This document shows, piece after piece, positions 40,599 to 53,734 of a stretch of DNA of 64,000 nucleotides. Under the pieces are notes generated by a model. The model was not told where the DNA came from. It saw only the letters and a program-made list of their open reading frames with translations, and did no database searches. The translations under genes were made by a program, and so were the position numbers. How positions within the stretch are numbered: the first letter of the stretch is position 1; each line of letters begins with the position of its first letter. The stretch is from positions 2,777,798-2,841,797 of the forward strand of contig OZ253467.1 of assembly GCA_965261665.1 (NCBI GenBank), in the 5' to 3' direction. Origin of the DNA: Dehalococcoidia bacterium. Its GTDB lineage: Bacteria > Chloroflexota > Dehalococcoidia > Lucifugimonadales > GCA-2712585.

Positions 40599-41534
40599 AT
40601 GCTCAGAGGCAGATTAGGGCTGGAAACGGCGAGGGTGCCCCACGCAGACCGTCACGGCCTGTTGTGGCTAAGCCGCGGCGCCCTCGCCGTTAAGGACGGC
40701 ACCTTGCGCTTTCTCCGGAATGATGGTGCGGACAGGTCCAGTCCGTTGGAAAGCGGCGAGTACGGCATCCCCTTTCAATCCCTCTCCATGATACTGCTGG
40801 GGCCGGGATCCACCGTTAGCCACGACGCCCTCCGTCTCATGGCGCGGCACGGAACCGCCCTAGTCGCCGTTGGGGAGGACGGTGTCAGGTGTTATACCGC
40901 TCCCCCGTTGATGCCGGACTCATCCGACATAGCCCGCCGGCAAATGCGGGCATGGGGGGATCCGAAGGGCGGGCGCATAGCCATCGCCCGAAAAATGTAC
41001 GCCCTGCGTCTTGGAGAGGTGCTTCCATTCCACGACTTGAACGCTCTACGCGGCGTTGAAGGAGGACGCGCAAAAAAGATGTACCGGCACCTTGCCCAGC
41101 GATATGGAATCACCTGGCAAGGCCGACGCTACGACCGTGGTAATCCCCTTGCGGCGGATATACCCAATCAAGCCGTAAACCACGCGTCCGTGGCCGTTAC
41201 CTCAGCTGCCGTCATTGCTGTGACCTCGGTTGGCGCCATTCCCCAGCTGGGATTCATACACGAGCACAGCGGCGACGCCTTCGCCTTGGACATTGCCGAC
41301 CTGTTTCGGGATAACGTCCTACTTCCAGCTGCCTTCAAGTCCGCCAAAGCAGTAATTGACAACCCCACCCTGGACATAGAGCGGCATACAAGACGGACGA
41401 CGGGAGAGATGCTCCGGAGCGAGCGGGTTGTGTCGAAAATGATCGACCGAATAAAGGCCCTCTTTCAGGACGTCTCGCCCCTTGACGTAGAGTCGCCGAC
41501 ACCGAAAAAGGGAAGTGGGAGGGCAAAACAATGA
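40599..41534 (+). CDS. cas1: Cas1e integrase
   Basis: 311 aa from ATG 40599, 7 nt after AGGAGG. Conserved LGFIHEHSGDAFALDIADLFR region; I-E gene order. Confidence 0.95.
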   Translation: MLRGRLGLETARVPHADRHGLLWLSRGALAVKDGTLRFLRNDGADRSSPLESGEYGIPFQSLSMILLGPGSTVSHDALRLMARHGTALVAVGEDGVRCYTAPPLMPDSSDIARRQMRAWGDPKGGRIAIARKMYALRLGEVLPFHDLNALRGVEGGRAKKMYRHLAQRYGITWQGRRYDRGNPLAADIPNQAVNHASVAVTSAAVIAVTSVGAIPQLGFIHEHSGDAFALDIADLFRDNVLLPAAFKSAKAVIDNPTLDIERHTRRTTGEMLRSERVVSKMIDRIKALFQDVSPLDVESPTPKKGSGRAKQ

Positions 41535-41818
41535 CCGTGGTAGTAACAGTAAACGTAGAAGCCCGCTATCGGGGATTCCTCGCATCCGTAATGCTGGAAA
41601 TAGCGCCTGGCGTGTACACGTCCCCCCAGATGACAGACGGAATTAGAGAGAGGATTTGGGACGTTTTAACACGTTGGTACTACGAACTAGGACAAGGAGC
41701 CATAGTGATGACTTGGCGTGATCCGTCCGCTGCGGCAGAACAAAGGATTAGGACCCTTGGCGAAGCGCCCAAGGAGATTGTGGATGCCGACGGAGTCTAT
41801 CTAGTGAAGTACAACTAG
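41531..41818 (+). CDS. cas2: Cas2e
   Basis: 95 aa, MTVVVTVNVEARYRGFLASVMLEIAPGVYT. ATGA overlap with cas1. No fused DnaQ domain. Confidence 0.93.
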   Translation: MTVVVTVNVEARYRGFLASVMLEIAPGVYTSPQMTDGIRERIWDVLTRWYYELGQGAIVMTWRDPSAAAEQRIRTLGEAPKEIVDADGVYLVKYN

Positions 41819-41920
41819 ACCAATGCCGCAACACTGCCGATAAGACGTTTCGGTCCAGGTTAGAAGCAAGAGCAACGGAGTAGCAGAACACGGCTAACAA
41901 GAATTACGAAAATCGTTAGG
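41819..41920 (+). promoter_or_regulatory. CRISPR leader
   Basis: 102-bp non-coding, locally AT-richer segment between the cas2 stop and the first repeat. This is the position of the I-E leader. Confidence 0.6.
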
Positions 41921-44900
41921 GGTTCCCCCGCACCCGCGGGGATAGACCTTACTTATCCCCCAGCCCCACCAACCCGCAGCCGGTTCCCCCGCACCCGCGG
42001 GGATAGACCGTTGCTATCTGCGGGGGATTTTTGCCCGGTAAGGGTTCCCCCGCACCCGCGGGGATAGACCTTGCCCTAAAACCTGGATAGATATTGGGTT
42101 TCCGGTTCCCCCGCACCCGCGGGGATAGACCTTCTTATTGTAGTTGTAGTTGTTGTAGTTAGTTGGTTCCCCCGCACCCGCGGGGATAGACCCACTCCCA
42201 TACTGGGCATGGTCACGTGTCAAATGGTTCCCCCGCACCCGCGGGGATAGACCGTAATCTCACACTTTACTAGCCATAAGCTAGCCGGTTCCCCCGCACC
42301 CGCGGGGATAGACCCGCAGTAGGTGTCAAACCGAACTTGCCCAAAATGGTTCCCCCGCACCCGCGGGGATAGACCACATGTGGCCTAGTACTCACTCATA
42401 CCCATTGGGGTTCCCCCGCACCCGCGGGGATAGACCGTTGGAGATGATCTATCACCAGATAGACACTCAGGTTCCCCCGCACCCGCGGGGATAGACCTTG
42501 GATTTGGAAGGCAAGCTCGAGGTTGAGGACGGTTCCCCCGCACCCGCGGGGATAGACCCCATGCGCTTGTCCTCCGGGTGTTGGGTTGGCAGGTTCCCCC
42601 GCACCCGCGGGGATAGACCTCCACAATAAGTCCTATATTTTTGGTTCTTATGGGTTCCCCCGCACCCGCGGGGATAGACCGTATACATCTAGCACATTAC
42701 TTAGTGTGCAATGGGTTCCCCCGCACCCGCGGGGATAGACCTGAGATGATGGAATGCTTACGTCGTATGGGCTCGGTTCCCCCGCACCCGCGGGGATAGA
42801 CCGTGTGTGGATTACTTACCCATAGCCTAGCCTATGGTTCCCCCGCACCCGCGGGGATAGACCTTGGGCAGAAAATATGGTACGGGTTGGAGACCGGGGT
42901 TCCCCCGCACCCGCGGGGATAGACCCTGGTAGCGATCTGTTGGACTGTGAGACCATCGGGTTCCCCCGCACCCGCGGGGATAGACCCTTGGCTGGTGTCG
43001 ATGGTTCCTGGCAGCTTGTGGTTCCCCCGCACCCGCGGGGATAGACCGTTTATTTTTGACACAGAATGGGTATCTAGGTAGGTTCCCCCGCACCCGCGGG
43101 GATAGACCTGAATTGAGAATGGGCTGGATTTCCGTATACATGGTTCCCCCGCACCCGCGGGGATAGACCTGTTTTGCCATCACCCATTCGTTCTGGGTTA
43201 GAGGTTCCCCCGCACCCGCGGGGATAGACCCCCCACCACCATATGAGTCCAAGTCTTAACGGGGGTTCCCCCGCACCCGCGGGGATAGACCCAGATAGCG
43301 ACTAGTTTGGGGTTTGACTACGCTGGTTCCCCCGCACCCGCGGGGATAGACCTTCATCTGGGGTTTGAAACCCCCTTTGGCTGGAGGTTCCCCCGCACCC
43401 GCGGGGATAGACCTGCCAATCTGCCTCTTCTCTTCTGCCTCTTCCCGGTTCCCCCGCACCCGCGGGGATAGACCTTCTGTATTGCTAGGCAGTTAAGGGT
43501 TGTCAACGGTTCCCCCGCACCCGCGGGGATAGACCTGGAAATTGCTGCCGTGTCTTGCCGCTGTGCCTGGTTCCCCCGCACCCGCGGGGATAGACCTGTG
43601 CTTGTGTTTAGCCATGCGTCACCGCCTCTGGTTCCCCCGCACCCGCGGGGATAGACCTTGGGTCAAATTCGTTCCAATTTGACCCAGTCTGGTTCCCCCG
43701 CACCCGCGGGGATAGACCCCACCACGGCCGACGTGTTGGGATTGTGAAGAGGGTTCCCCCGCACCCGCGGGGATAGACCCAGCCCTAGCATGTCAAGGGT
43801 TTGTTAAAGTTGGGTTCCCCCGCACCCGCGGGGATAGACCCTCTTTGAGTGTCTATCTGGTGATAGATAATCTGGTTCCCCCGCACCCGCGGGGATAGAC
43901 CATTATTTTAGGGTTGACAACCCTTAACTGCCTAGGTTCCCCCGCACCCGCGGGGATAGACCTACTCACACATGGATGGATAGGCTAGGCTATGGGGTTC
44001 CCCCGCACCCGCGGGGATAGACCCCTTGCCGCCCTCTGCCAGAAGTGCCACAACGCGGTTCCCCCGCACCCGCGGGGATAGACCTTTCAATGCCATTTTC
44101 TATACTCTCCTTATTGTGGTTCCCCCGCACCCGCGGGGATAGACCGCCACAACATCGACCGATTTAATCCTCTTCAGCGGTTCCCCCGCACCCGCGGGGA
44201 TAGACCCAGTTTTGGCACGGAGTATACTGAACAACCCGAGGTTCCCCCGCACCCGCGGGGATAGACCCCGCACGTGGTTGCCCCGTTTTGCTGTTTTAGG
44301 GGTTCCCCCGCACCCGCGGGGATAGACCCGTATACAGCGACTCAAAAGGTTCGGTAACGACGGTTCCCCCGCACCCGCGGGGATAGACCTACCTTTATAT
44401 TCAGAAGGTAATTTGGTTAATTGGTTCCCCCGCACCCGCGGGGATAGACCTTCGACCGATTCTTCCTCTATCGAATCGCAACCGGTTCCCCCGCACCCGC
44501 GGGGATAGACCGACAGGAGTGTTTAGCGTAATACTCTTGTGAGTGGTTCCCCCGCACCCGCGGGGATAGACCTTGATTGTGTGCTGGATTTCCATATATG
44601 TGGGAGGTTCCCCCGCACCCGCGGGGATAGACCGACTAAGGGGGCATTAGGCTTACTACTCCCAAGGGTTCCCCCGCACCCGCGGGGATAGACCCAGACT
44701 TAGCCAAGGAATACGAAGGCAAAAGGAGGTTCCCCCGCACCCGCGGGGATAGACCGCCAACGGCGGGCGGCACGGCGCAGCCCGCCGCGGTTCCCCCGCA
44801 CCCGCGGGGATAGACCATCTGCGCTGGAGTTCATTGACGGGTCTGATACGGTTCCCCCGCACCCGCGGGGATAGACCCAAAAGGCCGCTTCTCCCAGGGC

Positions 44901-47900
44901 GTGTCCAGCGGGTTCCCCCGCACCCGCGGGGATAGACCTGGTTCTGGAGTCGGCCCAAACTGACTTGGCCAGGTTCCCCCGCACCCGCGGGGATAGACCG
45001 GTGGCGGCGGGCTGCGCCGTGCCGTCCGTGCCGGTTCCCCCGCACCCGCGGGGATAGACCGTCGTCGCCTGTCATGCTGGCCAATGCGCTCCAGGTTCCC
45101 CCGCACCCGCGGGGATAGACCTATATAAGTAATGTAAGTAAGTCATGTAACATTGGTTCCCCCGCACCCGCGGGGATAGACCCTGGCCATCGGGAAAATC
45201 TGGGCCCACACTGCGGGTTCCCCCGCACCCGCGGGGATAGACCCATTTACCCTGGGGATTATTGTTACGTAACATTGGTTCCCCCGCACCCGCGGGGATA
45301 GACCGTGTGGGCGCAGTGTGGACGCAGTGTGGGCCCAGGTTCCCCCGCACCCGCGGGGATAGACCGGAGATGTTTTCTGAGGAATGGGCAAAGGCGTTGG
45401 TTCCCCCGCACCCGCGGGGATAGACCCTTTGTGCTAGTGGAGTTTTGGGCCATCCTTGGGGTTCCCCCGCACCCGCGGGGATAGACCTCTGATTTCGACA
45501 TCCTCCCGCCTAAGTGGAAAGGTTCCCCCGCACCCGCGGGGATAGACCCTTGGCTGGTGTCGATGGTTCCTGGAAGCTTGTGGTTCCCCCGCACCCGCGG
45601 GGATAGACCGGCGGCCGAAAAGGCAAAAATTGATCTGGAAAAGGTTCCCCCGCACCCGCGGGGATAGACCTTAAAAGGAGAAAAAATGACAACCATTACG
45701 AATGGTTCCCCCGCACCCGCGGGGATAGACCGATGTTCACGGCACGGGAAGCGTACTACGAGGCGGTTCCCCCGCACCCGCGGGGATAGACCTTGCTGTA
45801 AGTCAGAACCCGCATTCATTAAGGTGGTTCCCCCGCACCCGCGGGGATAGACCACGATTAAACCCATAATGAGATGATGGAATGCTGGTTCCCCCGCACC
45901 CGCGGGGATAGACCGGTTATCCTTGGCGGTGCTATTGGCAGGAGTCGGGTTCCCCCGCACCCGCGGGGATAGACCGCGGTCTTTGTCTTGTACACTGTCG
46001 ACCATGCGGGTTCCCCCGCACCCGCGGGGATAGACCGTTCCATTATGGTAATGACAGAGCTTTAAGGATTGGTTCCCCCGCACCCGCGGGGATAGACCTG
46101 CGTGTGTGGGGAAAATAGGGCCGTGGTCACAGGTTCCCCCGCACCCGCGGGGATAGACCCATTGTACTAGCAAGTTGAAGACCATGTATCGCGGTTCCCC
46201 CGCACCCGCGGGGATAGACCTATCATTGGCGTGCTGAGATAGCGATGCAATGTGGTTCCCCCGCACCCGCGGGGATAGACCGTTGCTATCTGCGGGGGAT
46301 TTTTGCCCGGTAAGGGTTCCCCCGCACCCGCGGGGATAGACCATTTACTGCCATCCGCACGTCCGTTCTACCTCTGGTTCCCCCGCACCCGCGGGGATAG
46401 ACCGCTAGCCAGCCGGCCCCGCAAAGGGGTTGCAATGGTTCCCCCGCACCCGCGGGGATAGACCTCGCCCTGCCGTAACGTGCTCGGCGATGAGCTTGGT
46501 TCCCCCGCACCCGCGGGGATAGACCATGATGGACGTGGGGCTGCGCCAACTCAACGCCGGTTCCCCCGCACCCGCGGGGATAGACCTTTCCTTGGGGCCA
46601 CAAAAGACATTACCCAAAGGGTTCCCCCGCACCCGCGGGGATAGACCTACCATCCCATTTGCGCCTAAATGATGGCGGGGGGTTCCCCCGCACCCGCGGG
46701 GATAGACCTTGATGCGGTGACGTGTGGGGTGGACATTCAAGGGTTCCCCCGCACCCGCGGGGATAGACCTTTGAAAACATGACCACCTGCTCCCCGCCGA
46801 GGGGTTCCCCCGCACCCGCGGGGATAGACCCTTAACGTAGTTAATATATAAGTAATGTAAGTAGGTTCCCCCGCACCCGCGGGGATAGACCCGGGCATAG
46901 CGACTCGCAGTTTCAGATACAGTTGGTTCCCCCGCACCCGCGGGGATAGACCTGCCGTATTGAGCGTTCCCACGTTGGCATAGGCGGTTCCCCCGCACCC
47001 GCGGGGATAGACCTCCGGATGAGGGATAGTCGAACAAAGTACATAGGGTTCCCCCGCACCCGCGGGGATAGACCTGCGTTGCGCTGGGTTGATGGCAATA
47101 ACAAGAGGGTTCCCCCGCACCCGCGGGGATAGACCTTTGATTTAGGGCTTCGTCGATTGTGTACGCACGGTTCCCCCGCACCCGCGGGGATAGACCCGCA
47201 GTTTGTGTCCATTGTGCATTCTTCGTAAAGGTTCCCCCGCACCCGCGGGGATAGACCCTACTTGTATATCGAAACGCTTGGATTTCCAAAGGTTCCCCCG
47301 CACCCGCGGGGATAGACCTTATTTGCACTTTAGCGGAAAATTCCTCAGTCGGGTTCCCCCGCACCCGCGGGGATAGACCGGCAAGCGGAAATACGCCGCA
47401 AACCAAGACACCGGTTCCCCCGCACCCGCGGGGATAGACCTACAGGAAAGCCATTGCGTTTGTCAAGCGTTACGGTTCCCCCGCACCCGCGGGGATAGAC
47501 CTACCCAAAATCACAAGACATCTGCGACCTATGGGGTTCCCCCGCACCCGCGGGGATAGACCTGCCTTGTATGCTCACCACGGAGCCAGCGGATGGGTTC
47601 CCCCGCACCCGCGGGGATAGACCCAGCATGGGCGAGGCAGTACAAGAGCAACTCGAGGTTCCCCCGCACCCGCGGGGATAGACCATCGTCGCCTGTCATG
47701 CTGGCCAGTGCGCCCCAGGTTCCCCCGCACCCGCGGGGATAGACCCTTAAAGAAAGCCTTAAACCTCGTTTCCATATCGGTTCCCCCGCACCCGCGGGGA
47801 TAGACCGTCGGTTCGACTTGCTCGCTGGCCGTCTAAAGCGGTTCCCCCGCACCCGCGGGGATAGACCTGCCAACCCAACTTTACTAGCCATAGCCTAGCC

Positions 47901-50900
47901 GGGTTCCCCCGCACCCGCGGGGATAGACCCCCGCTCTTTTCTTTGCTTCATCTACTAATCGCGGTTCCCCCGCACCCGCGGGGATAGACCTCCACAGTGA
48001 TATTTCCAATGCCTTATCTGAAAGGTTCCCCCGCACCCGCGGGGATAGACCGCGGGAATATGCACTTGGTGTCCATGCCCTAGAGGTTCCCCCGCACCCG
48101 CGGGGATAGACCGACGCCGCTGGGCGGATTCTAGCTATAAAATGTGGTTCCCCCGCACCCGCGGGGATAGACCGTCACGTCTAAGGGGTCTAGGAGGCTG
48201 TGAGAAGGTTCCCCCGCACCCGCGGGGATAGACCCCCGAGTCACCAATGGGAGTCTAAACGTGTACAGGTTCCCCCGCACCCGCGGGGATAGACCATACA
48301 CTTACATATAGGAGATACTATGGATAGAGGTTCCCCCGCACCCGCGGGGATAGACCGGTACACTTTCGACTCGAGGAGCACCCATTTTCGGTTCCCCCGC
48401 ACCCGCGGGGATAGACCTTAGTGAGCCCGTATCTCCAAATGCCTTTTCTGGGTTCCCCCGCACCCGCGGGGATAGACCGAAATGAAACCCTAGACTGCCT
48501 TGTTTACGCATGGTTCCCCCGCACCCGCGGGGATAGACCTTTCAAAGGATTTCCCTTAAGGCCCTTATTCGTGGTTCCCCCGCACCCGCGGGGATAGACC
48601 TTTAGAGGATGCAGAAAAGGCATTTGGAGATACGGTTCCCCCGCACCCGCGGGGATAGACCCGCAACGCTGGCGGGCGGGTCTTGCTCAAGCAGGGTTCC
48701 CCCGCACCCGCGGGGATAGACCCCGACAGCAAGCCGAGCGGCTGGGGGTTTTTGAGGTTCCCCCGCACCCGCGGGGATAGACCTGGCTTGTGGCGTGGGC
48801 GCACGAGCACGCCGAAGGTTCCCCCGCACCCGCGGGGATAGACCTATGTATGTCATTGCTTTGGTCTCCTCTTCCTTGGTTCCCCCGCACCCGCGGGGAT
48901 AGACCCAGCGCTCTCGATTCCGCAAGGGAAGGCAAGCGGGTTCCCCCGCACCCGCGGGGATAGACCCCATAAAAAACCATAAAAAACCCCCACATTTGGG
49001 GTTCCCCCGCACCCGCGGGGATAGACCGTCCGTTCGACTTGCTCGTTGACCGTCTAAAGCGGTTCCCCCGCACCCGCGGGGATAGACCATGCACATAAAT
49101 AAGACAGAGTAAGCACGATGTGGTTCCCCCGCACCCGCGGGGATAGACCCAACAATTCATCTACCATATCTCGATTCGTAATGGTTCCCCCGCACCCGCG
49201 GGGATAGACCTAGCCACCATACGTTTCTGGGCAATGGTTGTTAGGTTCCCCCGCACCCGCGGGGATAGACCTCTCCCGAAACCGCCACACTGCCCCTTGC
49301 TTCCGGTTCCCCCGCACCCGCGGGGATAGACCCGACCTTTGTGCCATCCGCTGGGGAGTGGGGCAGGTTCCCCCGCACCCGCGGGGATAGACCGGCAATG
49401 GCTTGAACAGTTTTCCCCAAACCCATGGTTCCCCCGCACCCGCGGGGATAGACCTCTGCCACCAATGCACCGCCTTTCAGATTATGAGGTTCCCCCGCAC
49501 CCGCGGGGATAGACCTAATCCCCAGGGTAAAATGTTACGTAACAACCAGGTTCCCCCGCACCCGCGGGGATAGACCTCGCCAATGGCTTGGCGATTTCAA
49601 AATGCATCCGGTTCCCCCGCACCCGCGGGGATAGACCTCGATTCTGCGAGCAGCAGTTTTCCTTGGAATCGGTTCCCCCGCACCCGCGGGGATAGACCCA
49701 TGATGATCGCATGGCCCGCAATGTCGGCGGGGGTTCCCCCGCACCCGCGGGGATAGACCGCTCCTTGCCGCGCCCTATGTCGGGCATACTATGGTTCCCC
49801 CGCACCCGCGGGGATAGACCGCGGGCGTGGGTAGCATTCTTGATGCTAGATAGGGTTCCCCCGCACCCGCGGGGATAGACCGGCGCAGCAGATTATTACC
49901 ACTACGCCCAAACCGGTTCCCCCGCACCCGCGGGGATAGACCCGCCAAGCTACACGCACCAGACGTACTTCTACGGGTTCCCCCGCACCCGCGGGGATAG
50001 ACCTGGCTCACACCTACGCCCACGCCCGCAAATGGAGGTTCCCCCGCACCCGCGGGGATAGACCGACGTCTAGGATGCCCTTGAGGATGGTCTAAAGGGT
50101 TCCCCCGCACCCGCGGGGATAGACCCCTTTTACATCATTATGTTCAAGGATAGTAACCGGTTCCCCCGCACCCGCGGGGATAGACCTTGGCGTTTATCAG
50201 GGAGATACGCCAACTATCAGGTTCCCCCGCACCCGCGGGGATAGACCTATTGCGACTCACGGGCTGCGGGTTGGTGGGGCGGTTCCCCCGCACCCGCGGG
50301 GATAGACCTACGGCGCACGTGCACCGGGCACTGGAAGATTCGGTTCCCCCGCACCCGCGGGGATAGACCCTGCGGACATTTGCGGAAAAATTGGGGCTGA
50401 GTGGTTCCCCCGCACCCGCGGGGATAGACCCCGTTACTACCAGAATTTCCCGTTCGACCTCGCGGTTCCCCCGCACCCGCGGGGATAGACCTTTTCTTAT
50501 TAGCCTCTCTTTGACTGTACCCCCGGTTCCCCCGCACCCGCGGGGATAGACCGCATCAATGGGCGGTCAGGTGGCCGCATACGCAGGTTCCCCCGCACCC
50601 GCGGGGATAGACCTGTCTCCCAAACGTCGCTCTGCAAATCTCCCGAGGTTCCCCCGCACCCGCGGGGATAGACCGACGCTGCTCAGTGGATTCTAGCTAT
50701 AAAATACGGTTCCCCCGCACCCGCGGGGATAGACCGGTTCAAGCGGTCGATAGCAGATTGAGGCCTGCGGTTCCCCCGCACCCGCGGGGATAGACCTTCT
50801 AGCTATAAAATGCCGCTCGATTTGCGCCTGGTTCCCCCGCACCCGCGGGGATAGACCTCGATTCTAAGGGGCCTCTGCCGCCTTTTACGTGGTTCCCCCG

Positions 50901-53490
50901 CACCCGCGGGGATAGACCTCTGAGTGAGGCCATCGCCGAACTGGAAAGCGCGGTTCCCCCGCACCCGCGGGGATAGACCGGCAGAAGAGAGCCGCCGGAT
51001 TGCACAGAAGCTGGTTCCCCCGCACCCGCGGGGATAGACCGATTTGAGATGCTTTTTTGTTGCTTCAAATTTCGGTTCCCCCGCACCCGCGGGGATAGAC
51101 CTCTATGATATCCGGTATCTCGGCCCAGTGAGACGGTTCCCCCGCACCCGCGGGGATAGACCACCATCTCCGTCCTTTTTCCGAAGCGTCCATTCGGTTC
51201 CCCCGCACCCGCGGGGATAGACCCCATGCTTCCCTTGGTCGGTTTTTCCAGCTCAAGGTTCCCCCGCACCCGCGGGGATAGACCTAGTAGTGTAGCACGT
51301 AAAAGAGGCGAGAAGGCGGTTCCCCCGCACCCGCGGGGATAGACCGCTAGAAGCAATGGAAGCAAAGGCAGACACAAAAGACAACGTGGTTCCCCCGCAC
51401 CCGCGGGGATAGACCTATGAAAAAAACCGAAGCCGAAGAATTTAAACTGGTTCCCCCGCACCCGCGGGGATAGACCGGAGCATAGAATGATTTCAGATAA
51501 GGCCTTAGAGGTTCCCCCGCACCCGCGGGGATAGACCCTGCAAACGGTATGGCCCAATCCAAAAATTAAAGGTTCCCCCGCACCCGCGGGGATAGACCTC
51601 CTTCGTCATAAACCCAGAATCCCTTTCCATTGGTTCCCCCGCACCCGCGGGGATAGACCTCTGGGCGTCCACGGCACGGCACGGGCGTTACGGGTTCCCC
51701 CGCACCCGCGGGGATAGACCCACTCACTGGCTACTTCTCCTTTGCTGTTATAGGGTTCCCCCGCACCCGCGGGGATAGACCTCAAGGACTCCATGAAAGA
51801 CATTGAGCCATATAGGTTCCCCCGCACCCGCGGGGATAGACCTTATTACATCTGGCTTTAGCAAATCTATCTGCAGGTTCCCCCGCACCCGCGGGGATAG
51901 ACCTCGAAAATCTGCAGTCCGTGTTCGGCGATAAGGGGTTCCCCCGCACCCGCGGGGATAGACCCTAGACTGAGAACATTTGAAGGTTTGGTGAATGGGT
52001 TCCCCCGCACCCGCGGGGATAGACCTTTTTAATTAGGAACGCCAACGCCCTCTGAGCGGGTTCCCCCGCACCCGCGGGGATAGACCCGATGCAGTCTTGG
52101 TTTGCGGCATATTTCCTTTGGTTCCCCCGCACCCGCGGGGATAGACCCTCCATACCATAATAATCCACCAAAGTTTGTAGGGTTCCCCCGCACCCGCGGG
52201 GATAGACCGTAGTAAAAAGCCCTGAACCTATCCAAACTATCGGTTCCCCCGCACCCGCGGGGATAGACCGTTTGTAGAGTCTTTATCCCTTTAGCTATTG
52301 TCGGTTCCCCCGCACCCGCGGGGATAGACCCCCTCTCCACTGCGGGCAGGCGGCACGGCGAAGGGTTCCCCCGCACCCGCGGGGATAGACCCTTTTAAAT
52401 GAACGGTCAGCTATCCTTGACTTTGGTTCCCCCGCACCCGCGGGGATAGACCGGTGGCGGGCTTCGCCGTGCCGCCTGCCGTATAGGTTCCCCCGCACCC
52501 GCGGGGATAGACCTTTCGCAAGGTCGATTTGCCTCTTCTCTTCTGCGGGTTCCCCCGCACCCGCGGGGATAGACCTTTGGTGGTATATATGAAACAACTG
52601 CATCAAAGGGTTCCCCCGCACCCGCGGGGATAGACCGTAAATCACTGGCGCAGCCCGCCAAGAAGGAGGGGTTCCCCCGCACCCGCGGGGATAGACCGTG
52701 ACGTCTTTAATGCTTTCACCTTACCGTTATGGTTCCCCCGCACCCGCGGGGATAGACCTCAAGCATATAGATGCTTGGGCAGAAAATGTCGGGTTCCCCC
52801 GCACCCGCGGGGATAGACCGTGAGCAGTCAAAGGGGGTTTCAAACCCCAGACGGTTCCCCCGCACCCGCGGGGATAGACCTTTGCCTCTTCTCTTCTGCC
52901 TCTTCCCGCAGTAGGTTCCCCCGCACCCGCGGGGATAGACCGGTAATCGTCGTTTGGCCTCGAGAAAAAGTGGAGGTTCCCCCGCACCCGCGGGGATAGA
53001 CCGCTTACAGGGAGAGGCGCAAAGACGATAAGGGCGGTTCCCCCGCACCCGCGGGGATAGACCGTTAAGGTCTCCGTCCCTTTTTGCCACAATTGGGGTT
53101 CCCCCGCACCCGCGGGGATAGACCATAGGAGGGCCGGAGCTCTGAAGGAGAAAATTCGGTTCCCCCGCACCCGCGGGGATAGACCGGTGAGCGGTTGACA
53201 GTAACGCAAACCACACCGGGTTCCCCCGCACCCGCGGGGATAGACCGCGGTCATGGATTTCTTGCAGTCGGTAGAGGATGGTTCCCCCGCACCCGCGGGG
53301 ATAGACCCGTACATTGAAGGGCTGATGCGCAGAGTCGCTGGGTTCCCCCGCACCCGCGGGGATAGACCCACTACTCTCGGCGCAAGACGCCGCCCATCGG
53401 CGGTTCCCCCGCACCCGCGGGGATAGACCGGAGTATAAAAATGATTTCAGATAAAGGCTTAGGGTTCCCCCGCACCCGCGGGGATAGACC

Positions 53491-53734
53491 ATATGTATGT
53501 CATTCTTTTGCTCTCCCTTCCTTGGTTCCCCCGCACCCGCGGGGATAGACCTCCGCACAAACCGACCTCGCCAAGGAATATGAGGGTTCCCCCGCACCCG
53601 CGGGGATAGACCATATGTATGTCATTCTTTTGCTCTCCCTTCCTTGGTTCCCCCGCACCCGCGGGGATAGACCTCCGCACAAACCGACCTCGCCAAGGAA
53701 TATGAGGGTTCCCCCGCACCCGCGGGGATAGACC
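53491..53734 (+). repeat. tandem duplication of a 2-spacer block (2 x 122 bp) inside the array
   Basis: The spacers starting ATATGTATGTCATTC... and TCCGCACAAACCGAC... occur identically at 53491/53552 and again at 53613/53674. Confidence 0.95.

Noticed and set aside
41819-41920. Possible IHF site (TAACAAGAATTAC) in the leader.
   Set aside because: It is only a partial match to WATCAANNNNTTR, with mismatches at conserved positions. It cannot be supported by eye.
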